A stretch of DNA of 64,000 nt from Cirrosporium novae-zelandiae (Eukaryota), in contig JAPETS010000006.1 in NCBI GenBank assembly GCA_026023565.1, forward strand, positions 868,001 to 932,000. The letters are read 5' to 3'. Of this stretch, positions 59,632-64,000 are shown one piece after another. Below the pieces are notes generated by a model. That model saw only the letters and a program-made list of their open reading frames with translations. It did not search any database and was not told the origin of the DNA. Made by a program: the position numbers and the translations under genes. How positions within the stretch are numbered: position 1 is the first letter of the stretch; each line of letters starts with the position of its first letter.

Positions 59632-62496
59632 AAACATAGTTCATGGTGACATAATCCTTGGCGAACCTTGACTTTACCAAAATCCATTTGCACTTTTTAT
59701 CCTGGTGAGTAAGAGGAAACCCGACCGAACGTTCGGTCGGGTTTTCGTAAACGTAAACGCGTGCCCTAACGAGCCTTCAGTCGAGTGTCCAGAAGTATTT
59801 CTTAGTCCCTTGGCTAGTCAGCAATACGAAAGGATTTTTATATATGAAAGTCATAAATCTAGCATCTTATCACAGACAACCTTCCCTGATAGCCGTGGAA
59901 AGTTCGATATCCATATTGGTTTGATGTCTAGTTCGCGGTATTTACCTATATGTCGGTCGTCAGGCACGTCTCAGTATGTTGAAGTTAAACACGTACTGTA
60001 CCCCAGAAGTCATCTCTACCTTCTTTGTTAGTGTTTAGGCATCTCAAATATTCCTTCGCTTGATTACCTATGATACTTTGTAATCAGGGAACATTCGGGG
60101 GCATAACCGCTCATGAGTTATCCCTATATTTTGTGCACCACCACCACCATATATCGACAGTTGTATCGACAATAGTCGCACTTGAATATATATATAATAA
60201 CCTTGATATAATTTTTATATATCTCTGTAGAGAGAGTAAGGCGTACCAGGCAGGCTTATTTGCTTAACAACAACGAGAATCAAGGAGCACACCACCATCA
60301 TCACCACCACGAATGCCAAGAATTAAGTTTTCTACCGACCAACCGACCAACAAAGACGTAGTTTAATAAAATTCAATTTTGTACACATGTTAGACTATGT
60401 TTATGTTCGTATAATTATGAAAAACTAATCATAGAACGACATCTAGGATAAATTATGGCCCCTCTTTTATAAAGTACTGTACAAAATCTAAATGTGTTGG
60501 TGTGGATGGATAATTGATGATGATTTTGTGGGGTTCTACAGTTGAATGCTAATAAGGAGGTTTGAAGCGAAAGGAATTTGTTTTGTTTTGTTTTGTTTTG
60601 TTTTGGTATGGTATGGTATGATATGGGATAGTTGACGTTATTTTGGTTTTTTTACTTGATTGGTAAAGGAAGGGATATAGATAAATTTATTGATGGATTG
60701 TAGACTATGTTCTGGTTAATTAAATATATATTTCGTGTTAAAAGTATATTGGGTAGTTGGTATAAATAACCATAATTTTTTTTTTTATAATAGACTTAAG
60801 GTTTATTCTATATCTATCTTTTACATAATCTAACAACGTCAAGAAGATATAACAAAAATGGGTTGAATAGGTTAGGGGGGGGGGTTGGAGTGTTTGAGGG
60901 CTTGAGGGGGTTTGCGCAAGAGGTATAGGATGGGGTAAGATGGATGGTGGGTGAGTAAGTGAGTGAGTGAATGAGTGAGTGGGAGATAGATTTGGTGGCT
61001 TTTGGTGGGATTGGAATTGGGATTGTGGATATATGAATTGTATGTGTGTATGTGTGTGTGTTCTATCATAATACCTATAGATTCAATTTGGGGGTTTTTT
61101 TCCCTCCTTTTTTTTGGGGGGGGGGAGGGGATGTGGAATGTGAGACTTGATAGGTTTGACTGCTATAGATGGGTGGATTACATGATTATATGGCTTTTAT
61201 ATATAGTAGAGTGGGGAGTTAGAATCGAACTAGTAGTTAGTGTTTTGGATGGAGATGAAGATGGTAAATCCATTTATGTGAAGTTGGAGCTGGGAGTTGG
61301 GATGTGAAAGGGTTTCTAACGTCTAATGAATTGGCGGTTTGGTTGTGGTGGATAGGGGAATAGGGGGGGGAGAGGGGGTTGTTACCCTTACACAGGCGAC
61401 TTAAAGTCTAGGAATGGAAATAGAAGTGAAGGGGAGAATAGGATGAAATTGGATTGATTGATTGATTGCTATCGCATCACGTTTCGACACATGACATTTG
61501 CTTGGTGATCTCTTGATTAAAAGCTAGCATAGATCGTAGATCGTCGATTCTAGTATAGAATAAGATAAAAAATGTTGATAAGTTTGTTTATATCAAACAA
61601 GATCTATTGGCTATCTTCTGCCGCCCTGGCAGATTGCCTAGGTCACAAATAACAATAAGAAAAGGGGAGAAAAAAGGGTTTTAGGCACAACATATTAAAA
61701 GTACATGTATTATCATAACTACCCTCTTTGTTGTTTTTTAGCTATGGGACTTCAGCGACGCCCAACTTCAAGGGATTGTTGGGCGTGTATATAGTGAGCT
61801 GAAAAAGGGGGGGGTGAGGAGGACAGAAAATAATGATGGGACCATGATGTTCTCTGGTTGGGAGGAGTGTTATGGTCTGATGTTTGGTTGGAATTGAAAT
61901 TGGAGTTGGTTGCGCCTCTCTTCGGATATTTGCAGCATAGCAATCAATAACCAAGAGAGGGAAAATCTGTGTACTTAGTTATTCCATACAATAGCAACAA
62001 AAAGAATAAAAAGGAATTCACATTGGCTGTTTGCTAACCAACCTGCTGTCCCGATAATCTGTTTTCCTTTCCTTCCTAGCCATTTTGAAGTTAGGTTTCT
62101 TGTTCGCTTCACACGCACAAGAAACAAATGATTGGTTAGCCCATTTGCTCGTGTGCATGTGACTCAAATCACACGGGGGGAAGACCCTCCGATCCGTAGA
62201 AACACTACCGCGTATGCATGCAACGTGTGAAACTGAGACAAAGTGGTTGGGTTGAAGAGTATAAAAGGGTCCTAATTAGGTTTGCCAGAAAGCTAGTCCT
62301 GGCGTTGGCTTTGATCTGGGTAGTACTACCTTTTTTAATCATCGTTTTCAGAAGACTATGCAATCGCAGAGGATCAAGCCAACTCAAAATCTAAATCTTT
62401 TAGTCTTGAACATTGAGCATCGAATTTATACTAGTGTTGAGGGTTTGTCGGCATAATTATTCTATTTTTTGGTAGCTTGGTTTGTCTTTGGGACTT

Positions 62497-63351
62497 ATGA
62501 AAGCGTTAATGGATCTTCCGACTCGTCGACATCCCTCACAGTCCTCTCGTAGAAGCCATGATTTGGTGCCGCTCTATGGGACTGCCTATCATGATCCTCG
62601 TAGACCATCTCGTCGCTCCATCGGTCGTCGGTATGGTGAGGTTGACATGTCACGCTCATCTATGGTAGATTATGACTACGATAGCGGATATGAGCCCTCT
62701 CGTCCGCAAAAGACAATTCCTTTTGAAGAGGCTGTTGAGCAGCTTCATGAATCGCTTGAAGAAGGGTCAAGGTATTACAAGCAGTTCCTAACCGTTTTTG
62801 AAGAGGAGATTCGGAGTGTGGAGCGATATGCCGATGAAAATATAACGACAGCTCTGTGGCGTGCAAAGGTGAAGGACAGTGAGAAGAGAAATAGAAGAAA
62901 GATAGGTAAAGGAGGAAGGAGAAGCGAGGATGAACAAGACCTAAAACAGCCAGAACTTGAAAGTCCAGCTCAAACCTTTCGCGATCCGATGGGTCAAATC
63001 GTCAAAGACTTTAGGGATGCATTGCAAGCAATCGATTCAAAACTGTTCGAATCCAGAGTACCCCACCGAGGACAAAGGTTTGAGAATGAGAATATAGTCC
63101 GGCTGCACAAGAAGCTCGCCGGACAATACAAAGAAATAAGAGCATTGTTCAACGGTGCATCTGAGAATCGAAATGATGCTGTAGAGCTTAGTAAAGAGAT
63201 AGAAATGGTATTGTCATATTTGAATAGCCATGGGGATCTTTGGGACAGAAATTCCACATCTGATGATATGCTTGGAAATGATTCAGGAGCAGAACACGCC
63301 AAGGAAGATTCATCGGGTAACGTTGAAGAAAGTCAAAGTGGTGAGGCATAA
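62497..63351 (+). CDS. Hypothetical protein (~285 aa, charged, probably helical)
   Basis: Long uninterrupted ORF with protein-like composition; ATG at 62497 or 62509; no family recognised. Confidence 0.65.
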   Translation: MKALMDLPTRRHPSQSSRRSHDLVPLYGTAYHDPRRPSRRSIGRRYGEVDMSRSSMVDYDYDSGYEPSRPQKTIPFEEAVEQLHESLEEGSRYYKQFLTVFEEEIRSVERYADENITTALWRAKVKDSEKRNRRKIGKGGRRSEDEQDLKQPELESPAQTFRDPMGQIVKDFRDALQAIDSKLFESRVPHRGQRFENENIVRLHKKLAGQYKEIRALFNGASENRNDAVELSKEIEMVLSYLNSHGDLWDRNSTSDDMLGNDSGAEHAKEDSSGNVEESQSGEA

Positions 63352-63485
63352 CTCTCCGTTGATGGCAATAATGGTCTAACAATTATGAAGGATACGGCTG
63401 GTAGGGTCATAGTACCGACGCTTTGAACAGAACGTGCTTCATGTTTCATAGTGTCATTCGTTTCAGCATGTGGATTCCCATCAAG

Positions 63486-64000
63486 CTATGAACTACCCAA
63501 CCCGGGCCATTCTGTATTTATTCAGTTAATCCAAACACTGTCATTGGCATATTGTACTCACGAAACGTTGTTCTCTCAGGATTTTTCCTGGTAATTTTCA
63601 CATCTTCTCCAACTTTCAATAAGTGACCCTGAGCCTTTGGTTCAGGAAAACCATAACGTCCGAATACTAACAATTTTAGATCCCGTCAAAGAATACCCTC
63701 GAGATAGTACCTACCTGGGCTATATTTTGCTCCAGCATCTACTCTTCGATCTTTCATCAATTTCTTCAAAACATTACCCATTTCACCCTCGCCCGCTTTT
63801 CCCGTTCTATAATCAACATTAATGCTCATGCACCGTCCACAATTGGCCGTAAGGTCTATCTTTGTTTCATTATTTATGGTTAGTTCACCCCAGAAGTCCT
63901 CTTCATAGGCCCCAAGCTCCGAAGAGCCAACCACTATGTTTGGTCGGAATTTGGTGATATCCATCTTTTCTCCGGCAGATAGCCTTGCGGATACATCATC
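63486..64000 (-). CDS. MOSC-domain protein, 3' part (starts beyond the window)
   Basis: MDITKFRPNIVV...EEDFWGEL...LTANCGRC.SINVDY.TG...LMKDRRVD.GAKYSP|VFGRYGF...RTTF|EWPGLGSS* across two GT-AG introns. Confidence 0.88.

Overview
Eukaryotic DNA from a filamentous ascomycete (Pezizomycotina; Eurotiomycetes-like by protein style, which is an inference), with short GT-AG introns, microsatellite-rich spacers and signs of repeat-induced point mutation (RIP). About 14 intact or partial genes can be read: a LaeA-like methyltransferase (partial), an HCA59/Tls1-family protein, a GH128 glucanase, a divergent Zn2Cys6 transcription factor / ABCB (MDR) transporter pair, a Ser/Thr-rich single-pass membrane protein, RPL19, GCN1, a DHX29/DHX57-like DEAH helicase, the APSES regulator StuA, a BRCT protein, a CinA/PncC-like protein, a hypothetical protein and a MOSC-domain protein (partial). 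The most unusual signals are non-coding: (1) a ~600 nt multi-helix element at ~6490-7110 whose non-canonical pairs are G-U on the + strand, followed by Sm-like, AUAAGU and UACUAAC motifs; (2) a ~2.9 kb nested fold-back at ~3200-6080 built partly from complementary microsatellites, with a second fold-back at ~24620-25375; (3) a mosaic at ~55790-59750 of short RIP-like fragments of unrelated genes (BRCT 5' end, YTM1, a kinase, ZPR1, ferric reductase) plus a solo LTR; (4) a probable non-AUG N-terminal extension of StuA. All pairings and alignments were made by eye and need computational and experimental confirmation.
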